The translations under genes and the position numbers were made by a program. 64,000 nucleotides of DNA from contig DBTM01000036.1 in assembly GCA_002307055.1 (NCBI GenBank), forward strand, positions 34,416 through 98,415, written 5' to 3'. The notes beneath the pieces were generated by a model. It did not search any database. It was not told where the DNA came from and worked only from the letters and a program-made list of their open reading frames with translations. This document shows, in pieces, positions 9,215-19,880 of this stretch. This DNA comes from Clostridiales bacterium UBA1316 (GTDB lineage: Bacteria > Bacillota > Clostridia > Oscillospirales > Oscillospiraceae). Every line of letters begins with the position of its first letter. Within the stretch, counting starts at the first letter, position 1.

Positions 9215-10030
9215 TTATGGCTGAATGCTGTCGGCGGTAAAGTCATACCCGGGTTTTGTGGCCCAAATCCATAGGGTGTCATCGGTAAAGCCGCATTTTC
9301 TGTAAAACTCGACGGTGCCGCCGACGCGGATGATATCCGACTTGGGACGGCATCTCCGTATGGTTTCGTTGATCAGGAAGCGGCCCGCGCCTTTGCCGTG
9401 ATAAGCCGGGAGCACAAATATCCAATCGAGATCGGTTTCTCTGACCTCCGGCGTATAGGCCGAAATGCTGACGGCGACGCTTTTCTTGAGCGCGTTGTCA
9501 TAAACGAAAAACCAAAGAGCGGGATCAAACGCCGGAAATTTTGCCATCCTGTGAATACCGTTTGACGTCATCCAGGTACTTTGGCCGGATTCATCTCCGC
9601 TGATAATGTTCGCAGCGAGGCGGTAATGCGTCTCGTCCTCAAAGTTAAAATTGAGCGCGGAATAGCTCGGCGAAGCCTGTATGTCTGGACTATAATTATT
9701 GTCGTACCGCAGGCTCCAGCCGTCATGAATCTCAAAGCCATGCAATTGGTCTTTAACCTGCTCGAAAATCGATATCGGCAGGCTGACGGCGTCAAGCGTG
9801 TTCAGCTCATCTGCCGGTATATGACAGAGACCGTCAGGTGAGTAATAATATAACAAATGCTTTTGCCGCGTTAAGTAATAACAATCATGCTTAGGCAGAT
9901 AAAAGGCCTCGCCCTCTTGTATAAGCGCCCACATTTTCCAGAAGGCGAAGGGGGCTGTTTTTGTGCATTGATTGGGATATTGGCTTTGTAGTAAATTCTC
10001 GATAACGGCAGTTTCAATAGGTTGTTTCAT
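9215..10030 (-). CDS. GNAT N-acetyltransferase (C-terminal GNAT domain)
   Basis: IFVLPAYHGKGAGRFLI and FYRKCGF. Confidence 0.8.
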   Translation of the reverse strand: MKQPIETAVIENLLQSQYPNQCTKTAPFAFWKMWALIQEGEAFYLPKHDCYYLTRQKHLLYYYSPDGLCHIPADELNTLDAVSLPISIFEQVKDQLHGFEIHDGWSLRYDNNYSPDIQASPSYSALNFNFEDETHYRLAANIISGDESGQSTWMTSNGIHRMAKFPAFDPALWFFVYDNALKKSVAVSISAYTPEVRETDLDWIFVLPAYHGKGAGRFLINETIRRCRPKSDIIRVGGTVEFYRKCGFTDDTLWIWATKPGYDFTADSIQP

Positions 10031-11139
10031 AAGGTAGTCTCCTTTTGTATTAATTTTTTTAATGCAAAGACATAAACTCTTTCCATCATTCCAAACAATC
10101 GGTTTTTACGTAGGATACTTGTTTGATCAGCGATATAGAAGCTGAATTTTTCAAGCAGCATATATAAATTGTCTAGGCTGCCGTCGCCATTGGCTTGAGA
10201 TATATCTGAGTACTGCAGAAGTATGACACCTTCGTTTTCCAGGTGTGCGCCTGCTTGTTGAAAGAAACGGTTTATGACAGTAAAATTAGGGTCGTAGATT
10301 GCGGTTTCATAGGCGTTTTTTGGTTTGCCTTTTATCCAAGGAGCGTTGAACAAAATAACGTCAAAGGTATCGTTTATACCGTCAAACAAATCGGTGCATA
10401 TAACTTTTGATATAACATGTTCCAATTTATTTGCTTTAATGTTATTCTGCACGCAGCTGACAGCATTAGGGTTAATGTCAACTGCCACAACGTCCTCCGC
10501 TCCTGTTTTTGCGGCGATCATCGCAAGTATCCCCGTCCCTGTGCCGATATCAATGACCCGCTTGCCCTTAAATAAGCATGCATAGGCAAAAAACATCTCG
10601 GGTACGCTTTTATCAAACGGGACGTAGACGAAGGGCTTGATATAGAGGGCCGCATTGATAAAATCGAAATATATGCCGTCGCGCGCTCTTTTTAGATCTG
10701 TCAAAATGCGGTTATAACGCCGTGCGGGCAGCAGATAACGATGCTCCTGCACGTCCTCTGACAGCCAGCTTTGTATATCTTCATGAAAAGGGGAGTCTTC
10801 AAGAAGCAAAAAGGTGTTCTTATGCAGTAAATACATGAACCGCTGCTTTTTGATTCTTTTTATTGCTGCGTGGTTCTTGATTCCGGTTGATTGGTAATGC
10901 CTGATATCATCAGCTGTCACAAGAGCACTTTCGTAATGATGCAAATAATGAAGCAGGTATTCCGCCTGCCGGTAATCACCGGAGATAATAACTGCGATAT
11001 TATTCCGGATTTTTTCAAATAAGCTGGTTGGATTAATTGTGGTATGACAGATTTCTGTCTTAACTGCGCTGTTGTATATGTCAAGGAACTCGTCCAATAC
11101 CATAACCTCGCCGATGCCGTTAATTTCCGTTTTTTTCAT
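10027..11139 (-). CDS. Class I SAM-dependent methyltransferase (HemK/MTS-like) with N-terminal extension
   Basis: VIDIGTGTG, VDIN, FDVILFNAPW. Start placed at MKKTEI (11139). Confidence 0.85.
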   Translation of the reverse strand: MKKTEINGIGEVMVLDEFLDIYNSAVKTEICHTTINPTSLFEKIRNNIAVIISGDYRQAEYLLHYLHHYESALVTADDIRHYQSTGIKNHAAIKRIKKQRFMYLLHKNTFLLLEDSPFHEDIQSWLSEDVQEHRYLLPARRYNRILTDLKRARDGIYFDFINAALYIKPFVYVPFDKSVPEMFFAYACLFKGKRVIDIGTGTGILAMIAAKTGAEDVVAVDINPNAVSCVQNNIKANKLEHVISKVICTDLFDGINDTFDVILFNAPWIKGKPKNAYETAIYDPNFTVINRFFQQAGAHLENEGVILLQYSDISQANGDGSLDNLYMLLEKFSFYIADQTSILRKNRLFGMMERVYVFALKKLIQKETTL

Positions 11140-11176
11140 TGTTGAAGTCCTTTCAAAAAACTGCCGCCGCAATTTG

Positions 11177-11773
11177 TTATATAAATTTGCTCATCAGGGT
11201 TTGCGTCGAGCAGTTTGGAAATATTTTGCCGTACGCGTGCTGAAGGGCGCGGTCGATGCCGTTGGTAAAGATGCAGAGGCGGATGTCGGCGCCGTCGTCG
11301 TAGCACCAGGCTTCGGGGTAGCTGGTGTTCAGGCGGCGCAGGTCGTCGAGGGTGACGGGGGGGTTGTCTTGGACGAGCAGCGAGGCGGTGTAGCCGCATT
11401 TTAGGTAGAAGCCTTCGGCAGCTTCGACTGAACCAAGCGCGAGCAGATGGACGTTTTGAGCAAGAGCGCGCTTTTCGAGTTCATACAGCAATTGCCTTGC
11501 GATTCCTTTCTTTCTGACGCGTGCGTCGGTAGCGACAGGACCGACGGTGATGCTGCCGTTTGCCTCTGTTCTGCCGAAGACTATACCAATGACTTCATTG
11601 TTTACTTCGGCATAAAGCAGCAGGTTACTCCCGCTTGCCATGCGCTCAAGCCATTTGCTTTTGGCGTTTTCGCCTTCTGTTGCATTGGGTGCGTTTTCGA
11701 AAACGCGCTTATTAAAGGCAAGAGCTTTGTCTAAATCAAGCTCAGTTGTGATGTTTTTAATCGTAAATTCCAT
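11177..11773 (-). CDS. GNAT N-acetyltransferase
   Basis: VATDARVRKKGIARQLL, AEGFYLKCGY, AGGAGG RBS. Confidence 0.85.
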   Translation of the reverse strand: MEFTIKNITTELDLDKALAFNKRVFENAPNATEGENAKSKWLERMASGSNLLLYAEVNNEVIGIVFGRTEANGSITVGPVATDARVRKKGIARQLLYELEKRALAQNVHLLALGSVEAAEGFYLKCGYTASLLVQDNPPVTLDDLRRLNTSYPEAWCYDDGADIRLCIFTNGIDRALQHAYGKIFPNCSTQTLMSKFI

Positions 11774-11827
11774 TATAATTACCTCCTGGAAATAATAGGT
11801 TAAAGTGCAAATCTGGCCGGTAAATCC

Positions 11828-12030
11828 GTAGGGGCGATCTGCGATCGCCAGTCTGGCTCGTTTTTTGCGGTGTTACGCAGCACAATTTGGGCGGCGTGGA
11901 AGCCGCCCGCTACGTAATATCAGTAAGTCTCCTTGTAGGGGCAATTCACGAATCGCCTTTTGTCGGCGTTACGCGGCACAGGGGACAATCCTCACCCGCT
12001 GCGGCGGGAGCTCCCTTGGAAAGGGAGTCT
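11828..12030. repeat. Cluster of GTAG-type REP-like palindromes
   Basis: GTAGGGGCGATCTGCGATCGCC (11828), inverted GGGCGGCGTGGAAGCCGCCCGCTAC (~11889), GTAGGGGCAATTCACGAATCGCC (11935), repeated GTTACGCRGCACA, further hairpins to ~12030. Confidence 0.65.
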
Positions 12031-12401
12031 TGGAGGGGCGAACTGCGATTGCTTATCTGCAAAAAAATAGCGAAAAGCCTTGCAGCTTTTCGCAGAGGGG
12101 CAGAGGGAATCTGCCCGAGATACAAAAAGGCTGCGGGCGATACGCCCGCAGCCCGACTTAATCGTTTTACATCGGTATATGGCAACAACACGAAAGCACA
12201 GAGAAACTGCGCTTCAAAAGCCATATGACCGACAAACTCAGGAAAACCAAACTCTCCCGATTAAGCTCCGCACAACGTCTCGCCGTTATCCATTTGAACG
12301 GAGCAAACCACGACATCGCATTTAAAAACGGTTATAATAAACATAATATCACATCCGTGTATTTATATACCACAGTTCGCCGGAACAATCAAGCTGAAAA
12401 T

Positions 12402-12444
12402 AAACAGACGAGGCAGAAACTTTCGATTTCCGCCTCGTCTGTTT
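12402..12444 (-). terminator. Intrinsic terminator after the CMD gene
   Basis: aaacagacgaggc...gcctcgtctgttt inverted repeat. Confidence 0.7.
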
Positions 12445-12455
12445 GTTGTTATGGG

Positions 12456-12773
12456 TTAGGCCGGTGCGTTATCGTAGCCGGCTGCGGCGGCGGCAAGGCA
12501 GTCGTTGACACCGTTGATGCCCGAGGTCATCAGGGTGACGAGGACAGCGCCGAGGACTTCCTGTTTGGTGGCGCCTGCTTTTTTGGCAAAGCCTGCATGG
12601 GCTGAGACGGAGCCGACACCGCCGCGGCTGGCCTGGATACCCATATAGATGAGCTGGAAGGTCTTTTCGTCAAGACCGCACCCGCTCTGGAGATCACCTG
12701 CGAATTTAAAGAAAGCCTGCATTGTTGCGGGGTTTTCCTTGCCCCATACTTCAAAAGGGTTGACATCTGCCAT
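12456..12773 (-). CDS. Carboxymuconolactone decarboxylase (CMD/AhpD) family protein
   Basis: LDEKTFQLIYMGI...HAGFAKKAGATKQEV. Start placed after AGGAGG. Confidence 0.8.
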   Translation of the reverse strand: MADVNPFEVWGKENPATMQAFFKFAGDLQSGCGLDEKTFQLIYMGIQASRGGVGSVSAHAGFAKKAGATKQEVLGAVLVTLMTSGINGVNDCLAAAAAGYDNAPA

Positions 12774-12808
12774 GATCATGATCCTCCTATATAAATTTTT
12801 ATTTTGAA

Positions 12809-13741
12809 CTAATTCCAATCCGGTCCGGGAACAGGCTTCTGCGTGTCGTAGACGGGATTCCAGGTCAGGAAGCTGAACATTTTCTTCATGTCCAGGTCCT
12901 CGGGCTGGTCGGGAATGGCGCGAATGATCGCATCCGTCTTGGCTTTAACGACATCTTTAAATTCGCTGTGCGTAAAGATATAAAGATCGCCCCGTTTAAT
13001 GCCGCGGACAACGCGTTCACCGGCTTCTTCGGCGGGCATGAGCATTGCATCAAAGTTAAACGCGGGCGCGCCGCTGGCCGGAGGGGGAGGTGGGGGCGGC
13101 GCAACGGGAGCGTTATCGTTTTTAAGAGCTTCCGGGCGGACGTTCTTTGAGTTTTTTGCAAGATCGCCCCGAACGGGGCCGGGGATGAACGCGGACGCGC
13201 CGACGTTTGTGCCCTTCAGATCGCTCGCAACGGTCTCCATCATACCGATAACGGCTGCCTTCGTTGTGTTATACAGCGTGGCACCCGGAACAACGGTCAT
13301 ACCGGACTGGGACGCCGTGCTGACGACATGGCCGCCTTCGCCGTGCGCCAGGATGCGCGGTAAAATGGTAATGATGCCGTTGATGACGCCCATCAGGTTG
13401 ACACCGACGATAAAATCGGCGTCTTTAAAAGAGTGCTTCCAGAGCGGTGAGCTGCCGACCTCGACACCGGCGTTGTTGACGAGCACATGGATTTTACCGA
13501 ACACAGCCTCCGCCTCGTCCGCCGCCTTGGCATAAGCCTCGCGGTCGGTGACATTAAGCTGGATACCGTGGACAGGCCAGCCCTTCTCTTTGAAGAACGG
13601 CAGAACCTCATCAATGGCGTTTTGGCGCAGATCGGCGATAACGACCTTCATACCCGCTCTTCCGAAGGCCTTGGCGATGCCGAGCCCGATGCCGCTGGCT
13701 CCGCCGGTTATGAACGCAACTTTTCCATTTAAATTTTCCAT
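12809..13741 (-). CDS. Short-chain dehydrogenase/reductase
   Basis: TGGASGIG, NNAG, catalytic YNTTK. Confidence 0.93.
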   Translation of the reverse strand: MENLNGKVAFITGGASGIGLGIAKAFGRAGMKVVIADLRQNAIDEVLPFFKEKGWPVHGIQLNVTDREAYAKAADEAEAVFGKIHVLVNNAGVEVGSSPLWKHSFKDADFIVGVNLMGVINGIITILPRILAHGEGGHVVSTASQSGMTVVPGATLYNTTKAAVIGMMETVASDLKGTNVGASAFIPGPVRGDLAKNSKNVRPEALKNDNAPVAPPPPPPPASGAPAFNFDAMLMPAEEAGERVVRGIKRGDLYIFTHSEFKDVVKAKTDAIIRAIPDQPEDLDMKKMFSFLTWNPVYDTQKPVPGPDWN

Positions 13742-14116
13742 AAAAACCTACATTCCCGCGCCGAGGCGCGTTTTATATGGCAATAATACTGCAGCGCAGC
13801 TTGAGAGTTATATGATAAACAAGCCGAAATACATCAGTGCTATCTTAAGCTATCTCATGCCGATTTTCAAGTAGCAGCGATACTGTTTTTTGCGGCAATA
13901 CAATTTGCATATAACGACGTGAGGCATACCGCCGCCTGTGAGCAAGGGAAATAACCGGTCTATATGCTTCGCTCAATATATCAGCACGAATTTTGTATAC
14001 CTAAAATGGCAAATATATCATGACTTTTCATTTAAGGTGGAGTAAAATGGCACCATCATTTAAATGCGATGGACGGGTTATCGGCGTTACCTATCACGGA
14101 GATAATCTGAAATGAG

Positions 14117-15901
14117 GTGTTTATTATTTTAACAGCCAAAACCTTTGTCGAGCCTCTTGATATGCCGTTTTCGCGGCGCGGGTCATACATATGCTTTGCC
14201 AACGCCAATGGCGGCAGCAGCGCGCTCGGGCAGGCGCAGCTCTGGCTGGCGACGTCACGTATGCGGCCAAGTGACAGGAATAACGGCAATATTCTGGCTG
14301 ATAACCATTTCAGGCAGATGCAGCTGGAGCTTGTCAAAGACGGCTCGGTGCAGGAGTGCGTGATTTCCACAACGCCGTATGAGCTGATTTTTGAGTGCGC
14401 GCTGGGCAGTATCCGGTTCTGCATCGGGGACTATAAATACGCCGAGTGCAAGGGCGCGGACGGACTGACGCTGCGCATTAAAACGACAGCCGGTGTGTCG
14501 GGGCCTATAACGAGCCTCCCGGCGATTGACCTGCTCGACGGCTCGTGGAAGACGAACTTCGGCAACTACTTTATGCTGTTTGTACCGTCCAGAGGAACGA
14601 TCCAGCTGGGACCGGAGGGCGCCATCGAGCTCGTCCCCGACGATAAGGGTGTGATCGAGCTGGTTATGGAGGAGTCGCTTGTTGATCCGAAACGGCGCAC
14701 GGCTTATCGGACGTATAACGCCTGTGTCGCAACGGTGAAAGATGATTTTGACGGTTTCGCGGAGCGGATTGCGCCCGCGCTTCCGGAGAGATACAGAGAA
14801 CGGGGGCAGCAGGCGCTGTGGACGCTCTGGGGGCTCACCGTCGTCCCGGACATCGAGACTGTTTACAGGCATCAGATGGTGAAAATGATCCGCTCCAGCT
14901 TTGAGGCGGCGTTCTCCTGGCAGCAGGGTACGCACGCGTTCTTCCTGTCGGCGCACGATTATAAATTTGCGTGGGAGCTGCTGCTGTCCTGCTTCGACGC
15001 GCAGGACAGCACGGGCCGCATTGCCGACGCGCTGACCTATAAGGGCGCGGGAGAGACGATGAAGCCGCCGGTGCAGGGGCTGGGTCTGCTATGGCTTATG
15101 GAGCTCTACGAATTATCGGACCTGCCCAAGGAGGAGCTGGAATACCTTTGGAACGGCATGGAGAAATGGACAAAATTCCATTTGGAATTCAGGGACCTTG
15201 ACCACGACGGCATTATAGAAAATCAAAATGCCGGTGAGACGGGCTGGGAGTGCCCGTCCTACTTCAGCATCGGGTTCCCGCTCGCGAGCCCGGATATTAA
15301 CGCGTATCTCGTACTACAGATGGAAGCCCTGGCGAAGCTCGGCGGCATGATCGGCAAGAGCGAGAAGATATGTGCGTATTGGGCGAACAAGGCGAGCGAC
15401 ACCGTACAGAAGATCATCGACATGTTCTGGACTGAGGACGGCTGGACAGCCGTTAATATCATCACCAAGGAGCGGGCCGGGACAACGAGCATGGTGCCCA
15501 ACTGCACGCTTGTGCTTGGGAGGCGGCTGCCGCAGGCGATTATCGACAAAACAATTTCGAATATATTTGATCAGCCCGGTTTCAATACGCCTTACGGCCT
15601 CACCTCCGAAAATCAAAATAGTCCCCGCTTCATGAACAACTGGAGCCTGGGCAGTATTGATACGCCGATCGAGGCGCTCATGGTTGTCGGGCTGGAGAGC
15701 TGCGGCAGAACGGACCTGGCTAAGAAGGTTGCCGCGGAATATCTCGATTTGCTGATGGAAAACAGAATGATGCATATCCACAACTCGAAAAATGGGCAGG
15801 TGGAGGACCAAAGCTTCTCCTTCTTTACCGAGAAAGCCCTTTTCAATTCAGGCTGGACGGCAGGCTGCTTTATCTTTCTGGCTGAATACTACGGCGATTG
15901 A
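14117..15901 (+). CDS. (alpha/alpha)6 glycoside hydrolase, MGH1/GH63-like
   Basis: FSWQ, KPPVQG, RDLDHDG, ETGWE, SPDINAYL, GWTAG. Confidence 0.7.
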   Translation: MFIILTAKTFVEPLDMPFSRRGSYICFANANGGSSALGQAQLWLATSRMRPSDRNNGNILADNHFRQMQLELVKDGSVQECVISTTPYELIFECALGSIRFCIGDYKYAECKGADGLTLRIKTTAGVSGPITSLPAIDLLDGSWKTNFGNYFMLFVPSRGTIQLGPEGAIELVPDDKGVIELVMEESLVDPKRRTAYRTYNACVATVKDDFDGFAERIAPALPERYRERGQQALWTLWGLTVVPDIETVYRHQMVKMIRSSFEAAFSWQQGTHAFFLSAHDYKFAWELLLSCFDAQDSTGRIADALTYKGAGETMKPPVQGLGLLWLMELYELSDLPKEELEYLWNGMEKWTKFHLEFRDLDHDGIIENQNAGETGWECPSYFSIGFPLASPDINAYLVLQMEALAKLGGMIGKSEKICAYWANKASDTVQKIIDMFWTEDGWTAVNIITKERAGTTSMVPNCTLVLGRRLPQAIIDKTISNIFDQPGFNTPYGLTSENQNSPRFMNNWSLGSIDTPIEALMVVGLESCGRTDLAKKVAAEYLDLLMENRMMHIHNSKNGQVEDQSFSFFTEKALFNSGWTAGCFIFLAEYYGD

Positions 15902-15971
15902 TCCGGCGATTTTAAAATGACGCTGATAGTGCCCTTCGTGCATTGATATATGATTGAAAGAGGTTATCATA

Positions 15972-17711
15972 ATGAATTATTTTGGAGCGACATTTTTTGA
16001 TAGGTATACGCCGCTGACGGACGAACAGATTCAGCTCAAGCTCACGCCGACCCCTGCCGCAAAAAGCTCAGCTCCGGCATCGGGTGCACTGGCCGGCAAA
16101 ACAATCAAAATAATTCTGGACGGCGGCCCGGTGCTGGAGTACGTATTCGCGCAGGACAAGCTCACACTCAGAGAGAACGGCGGCGCGGCTGTCAGCGCGC
16201 CGTATTCGGTGAAAGAACTCGAAGAAATTCTGCTGCTGACCCATATGATTCCGGATACCGCCCGCGGATATAGTGTCGTTTTAGACCGGAAAACGGACCT
16301 TGTCACCGTGTTTGAGGTCTGGTTCGGCGGCTATGAACGGGATAAGCGGGAGGTTTGGCGCAGCGTTTCGTTCGGTTATATTGATTGCGGTATGCCGGCA
16401 CCCGAAAAACGCCACACGCTCACAAACCGCATCGAGGGTACCGGCACCTACTGGAAAAACGACGACGGCACGGAGCAGCTGTACTTTTTCCCGTCGGTTA
16501 TCTGGTCCTCCTTTGTCGAGCTCAGTGACCCGCGCGGGGGAATTACCAAAACCGCGCCGTCGGACTACATCAAAATTAACGACAGGTTCTATATATACTC
16601 CCGCGTGGAGCAGGAGTTTTCCGGCGGGTTCACACTGGAGGTGATTGACTTTTTCACCGTCAGGCATATCGGCGTGCGTTTGGGCTTTGACCTTTATGAC
16701 GCGCTTGATTATCGCGTTTACAGCGGCACCGGAGAGGTGACGGGGCGGTCAGCCAATCTGGAGCCGCTGAATGATTACGGCACCGAGCTGCCGGATGACG
16801 AAAGACTGCGCATGCAGATCCTGCCGTCCGTCAAGGGCTCCCGCCCGAGCTATCGCCCAAAACTCGCACATCATGATTATACAAAGGCTCAGGTGGATGA
16901 GATTATCAGAAATAACTGCAAGGTTTATGAGGGGCAATCCATCATGTCGAGCTTTAACGCGATGGAGCGCTCCGATTATATGGCGGGCAAGCGTTTTACG
17001 CTCAATTACGACGACGGCCCGGTTTGGGAGTACGACATTATTGACGCTTACCGCCTCAAATGGCGGGCAGCGGGCGAGAAGAGCTGGCATGAGGAAATTT
17101 ATCAGGGCTTCGAACCGGCGAAGGATATCCTCCTGTTCTGCCATATCTGCACAGGCAGCGATCCCTTCCGCTGCCTGATCCATACCATTGACTTTTCAAA
17201 CGCGCTCGTGACCTGCGTGGACGCGCAGATCGGCAATGGGCGCAAGGCGTGGGAGGTCGGCCAAAAAGCGGCCTTCGGCGTCCTGGAAATTGAGGGCGGC
17301 CCCACGCCGCCTGCGGTGAAGCGCCACGGCTTTACGACCGAGCTGCTGGGCAAGGCGTTTTCGTGGGCTTACAGCGACACGATGCAGTCTATCCATGTCT
17401 ACAGCTCGCCCGAGTCCTATTCCTGGACAATTATGCATCCCAATAACGCCGGCGGCTGGATGTGGAGCTCCCCGTGCTTCTATGTGAAGCTGCGTGACGA
17501 CGCGTATCTCATGAGCTGGACGGAGGACGCGTGCAACGGCAACCTGGGCACATTCATCGTCAATCCGCGCATTATGCATGACAGCGGCTTCTTCTTCGGC
17601 ATCGGCGGCACGGAAGAGGAGCCCGACGTCCATTTAACCGCCATGGGCGCATTCGCCCGTCCCCTCGGCGGTTTCGACCTTATGCGCTATTACGGAAAGA
17701 AACGGCAATAA
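15972..17711 (+). CDS. Tandem MoaF-like domain protein
   Basis: Internal duplication (LAGKTIKIILDGGPVLEY / MAGKRFTLNYDDGPVWEY; KRHTLT / KRHGFT; YIKINDRFYIYS / YVKLRDDAYLMS), MoaF-like pattern. Confidence 0.65.
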   Translation: MNYFGATFFDRYTPLTDEQIQLKLTPTPAAKSSAPASGALAGKTIKIILDGGPVLEYVFAQDKLTLRENGGAAVSAPYSVKELEEILLLTHMIPDTARGYSVVLDRKTDLVTVFEVWFGGYERDKREVWRSVSFGYIDCGMPAPEKRHTLTNRIEGTGTYWKNDDGTEQLYFFPSVIWSSFVELSDPRGGITKTAPSDYIKINDRFYIYSRVEQEFSGGFTLEVIDFFTVRHIGVRLGFDLYDALDYRVYSGTGEVTGRSANLEPLNDYGTELPDDERLRMQILPSVKGSRPSYRPKLAHHDYTKAQVDEIIRNNCKVYEGQSIMSSFNAMERSDYMAGKRFTLNYDDGPVWEYDIIDAYRLKWRAAGEKSWHEEIYQGFEPAKDILLFCHICTGSDPFRCLIHTIDFSNALVTCVDAQIGNGRKAWEVGQKAAFGVLEIEGGPTPPAVKRHGFTTELLGKAFSWAYSDTMQSIHVYSSPESYSWTIMHPNNAGGWMWSSPCFYVKLRDDAYLMSWTEDACNGNLGTFIVNPRIMHDSGFFFGIGGTEEEPDVHLTAMGAFARPLGGFDLMRYYGKKRQ

Positions 17712-17888
17712 TTTCACATATAGAGATAAACAGGAAAGGCCGGACACTGTAAGACGGTGTCCGGTCTGTTTGGAAAAAACAAATATTGGATTGATTATAT
17801 CCCATTACTGTGGTAATAATAGTATAAAATTTATTATCATTATTTGGATATTCAGATATTAACAATACACGTAAAGGAGATTATCTTG

Positions 17889-18227
17889 ATGTCTGGTAAT
17901 ATAATTCAGGACGGGAAATACATAAAGCATTCGACCGATGAAGGCGTATTTGTTAAGCATTACTTTGGGCTTGGGGATAATGATAGGCTTAATAATGTCG
18001 AAATACTCATCATTCCCGGTCATCAGATTTCTCCGCATAAACACGATAACAGTACGGAGTTTTTTTATGTGGCCAGCGGGCAAGGAGAATTTCTCGATGG
18101 TGATGAATGGAAACCGATAAAAAAAAGTGATGCGTTTAAAGCCCCGATAGGACGTACCCATGGTATTATGAACTCGGGTATTGATATGCTGGTTTTATTA
18201 GCTGCTTTCAGTCCTCCCATTCGCTGA
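17889..18227 (+). CDS. Cupin domain protein
   Basis: PHKHDNSTEFFYVASGQG...PIGRTHG, AAGGAGA RBS. Confidence 0.85.
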   Translation: MSGNIIQDGKYIKHSTDEGVFVKHYFGLGDNDRLNNVEILIIPGHQISPHKHDNSTEFFYVASGQGEFLDGDEWKPIKKSDAFKAPIGRTHGIMNSGIDMLVLLAAFSPPIR

Positions 18228-18299
18228 TGCATTCGTTGTCGGATAACATCAGTTTTTTTATAGTACACAATTCGGAAAACATAAGGAGCGGCAAAATTA

Positions 18300-18998
18300 A
18301 TGGAATGGAATAAAGAATTATCCGATGGTTTGAAATGGTGCGGTGAAATAATTAATTACGATCAGAAGTTAGCTCTTGCCAAACGAGTCGCTGCAATAGC
18401 TAGTGATGGAGATGTCATAGGGTTTGGCTCAGGCTCAACTTCCTTTTTAACAGCGAACGAAATTGCCAAGCGGGTAAAAAACGAGAATCTTCATGTCAGA
18501 GCGATACCGACCTCTCCAGAGCTTAGGTTAGCATGCTACAGCTTGGGACTATATGTTGATTCACTGAATAATGTTCGTCCGGACTGGTCCTTCGATGGCG
18601 CTGATGAGGTCGACAATAATCGCAATTTGATAAAAGGCCGCGGCGGAGCGATGTTTTTTGAAAAACTGCTCATGCATTGCTCACCTAAAAATTATATTAT
18701 CGTTGATAAAACAAAGCTTGTAAGTGCTCTTGGTACCAAATTTGCGATTCCCGTAGAATTCAATCCAGAAGCTTTGACCTATGTCAGGAAAAAGCTGCTT
18801 GACTTCGGTGCATCTGAAATCAATCTGCGGCTTGCCAAAGCCAAAGATGGCCCTGTCGTGTCCGAAAACGCAAACTACATTTATGACGTACGCTTCAAAG
18901 ATATATATCCAAAGCTTGAGAGTGATATCAAGTCTATTACAGGAGTCATTGAGAGCGGTTTGTTTATTGGATATGATGTTGAGATCGTTACAGCTTAA
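18300..18998 (+). CDS. rpiA: Ribose-5-phosphate isomerase A
   Basis: IGFGSGST, DGADEVD, LIKGRGGA, GVIESGLF. Confidence 0.92.
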   Translation: MEWNKELSDGLKWCGEIINYDQKLALAKRVAAIASDGDVIGFGSGSTSFLTANEIAKRVKNENLHVRAIPTSPELRLACYSLGLYVDSLNNVRPDWSFDGADEVDNNRNLIKGRGGAMFFEKLLMHCSPKNYIIVDKTKLVSALGTKFAIPVEFNPEALTYVRKKLLDFGASEINLRLAKAKDGPVVSENANYIYDVRFKDIYPKLESDIKSITGVIESGLFIGYDVEIVTA

Positions 18999-19009
18999 TT
19001 GCGGAGGAG

Positions 19010-19816
19010 ATGCTTGTGGAATATGTAATAAAACGTGACTGTCGCGATGTTTTCACAAATGAAGAATATGTAAACGCATACCGGAACAGTCGCTGGATAC
19101 CGGACCCCATATTTGATAAGTATGTCCGTATTATTCGCGATGAGCTGGGAGACCGATTGCATGCGGGTATAAGTGTTCTGGATTTGGGATGCGGAACAGG
19201 TCAATTCGCGATTAAGCTCAGCAATATTCATGAACTCAATATAAAAACGATCGACGCAATCGATTCAAGCGATAAAAAAATTTCTCTTCTCAATTGTTAT
19301 CTTAAGGAGAATAGCATTTCCAACGTGACTACATATACCACGGATTTCTTCGCGTATAACACAGATAAATTATATGATATTATTATTTGTTCTGAAGTGA
19401 TCCATCTTATCGATGATGTTTTAATGCTCTTTTCCCGCGTTTACGACAGGCTGAAAGATAATGGCGTTTTCATAATAAGAACATCGACACATGAGCAGCT
19501 TTATACGCGGGAATGGTATAAACCGTTCCCGAAATGCCGTTTCATTGATATAGCGAGGCATAAAAGTAAATACCTCATTTTGTCTTGTGCGAGTCTTACA
19601 GGATATCGCCATATTGAAATAAGGGAAGTTAATGAAAGCCGAACTGAGGACAAAGCTGCTTATCTTGATAGGATCAGAAATAAATGCTTTTCAACACTCC
19701 ATTTAATAAGTCAAGCGGAGTTTGAACACGGATTGTCCGCCTTGGATATGATGTATACCACGCAGACAGAAATCCTGTATGACTATATTATGTCATGTTA
19801 TATCTTGAGAAAATAG
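19010..19816 (+). CDS. Class I SAM-dependent methyltransferase
   Basis: VLDLGCGTG, YDIIICSEVIHL, LKDNGVF. Confidence 0.88.
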   Translation: MLVEYVIKRDCRDVFTNEEYVNAYRNSRWIPDPIFDKYVRIIRDELGDRLHAGISVLDLGCGTGQFAIKLSNIHELNIKTIDAIDSSDKKISLLNCYLKENSISNVTTYTTDFFAYNTDKLYDIIICSEVIHLIDDVLMLFSRVYDRLKDNGVFIIRTSTHEQLYTREWYKPFPKCRFIDIARHKSKYLILSCASLTGYRHIEIREVNESRTEDKAAYLDRIRNKCFSTLHLISQAEFEHGLSALDMMYTTQTEILYDYIMSCYILRK

Positions 19817-19880
19817 GGGTACATAAATAATTTTAACATCCGGAGTACGATTATCGGTATTGACTTGAATAGAAATAATA

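Noticed and set aside
11865..12605. Several overlapping ORFs in the track
   Set aside because: They span the repeat/hairpin region and show no recognisable motifs
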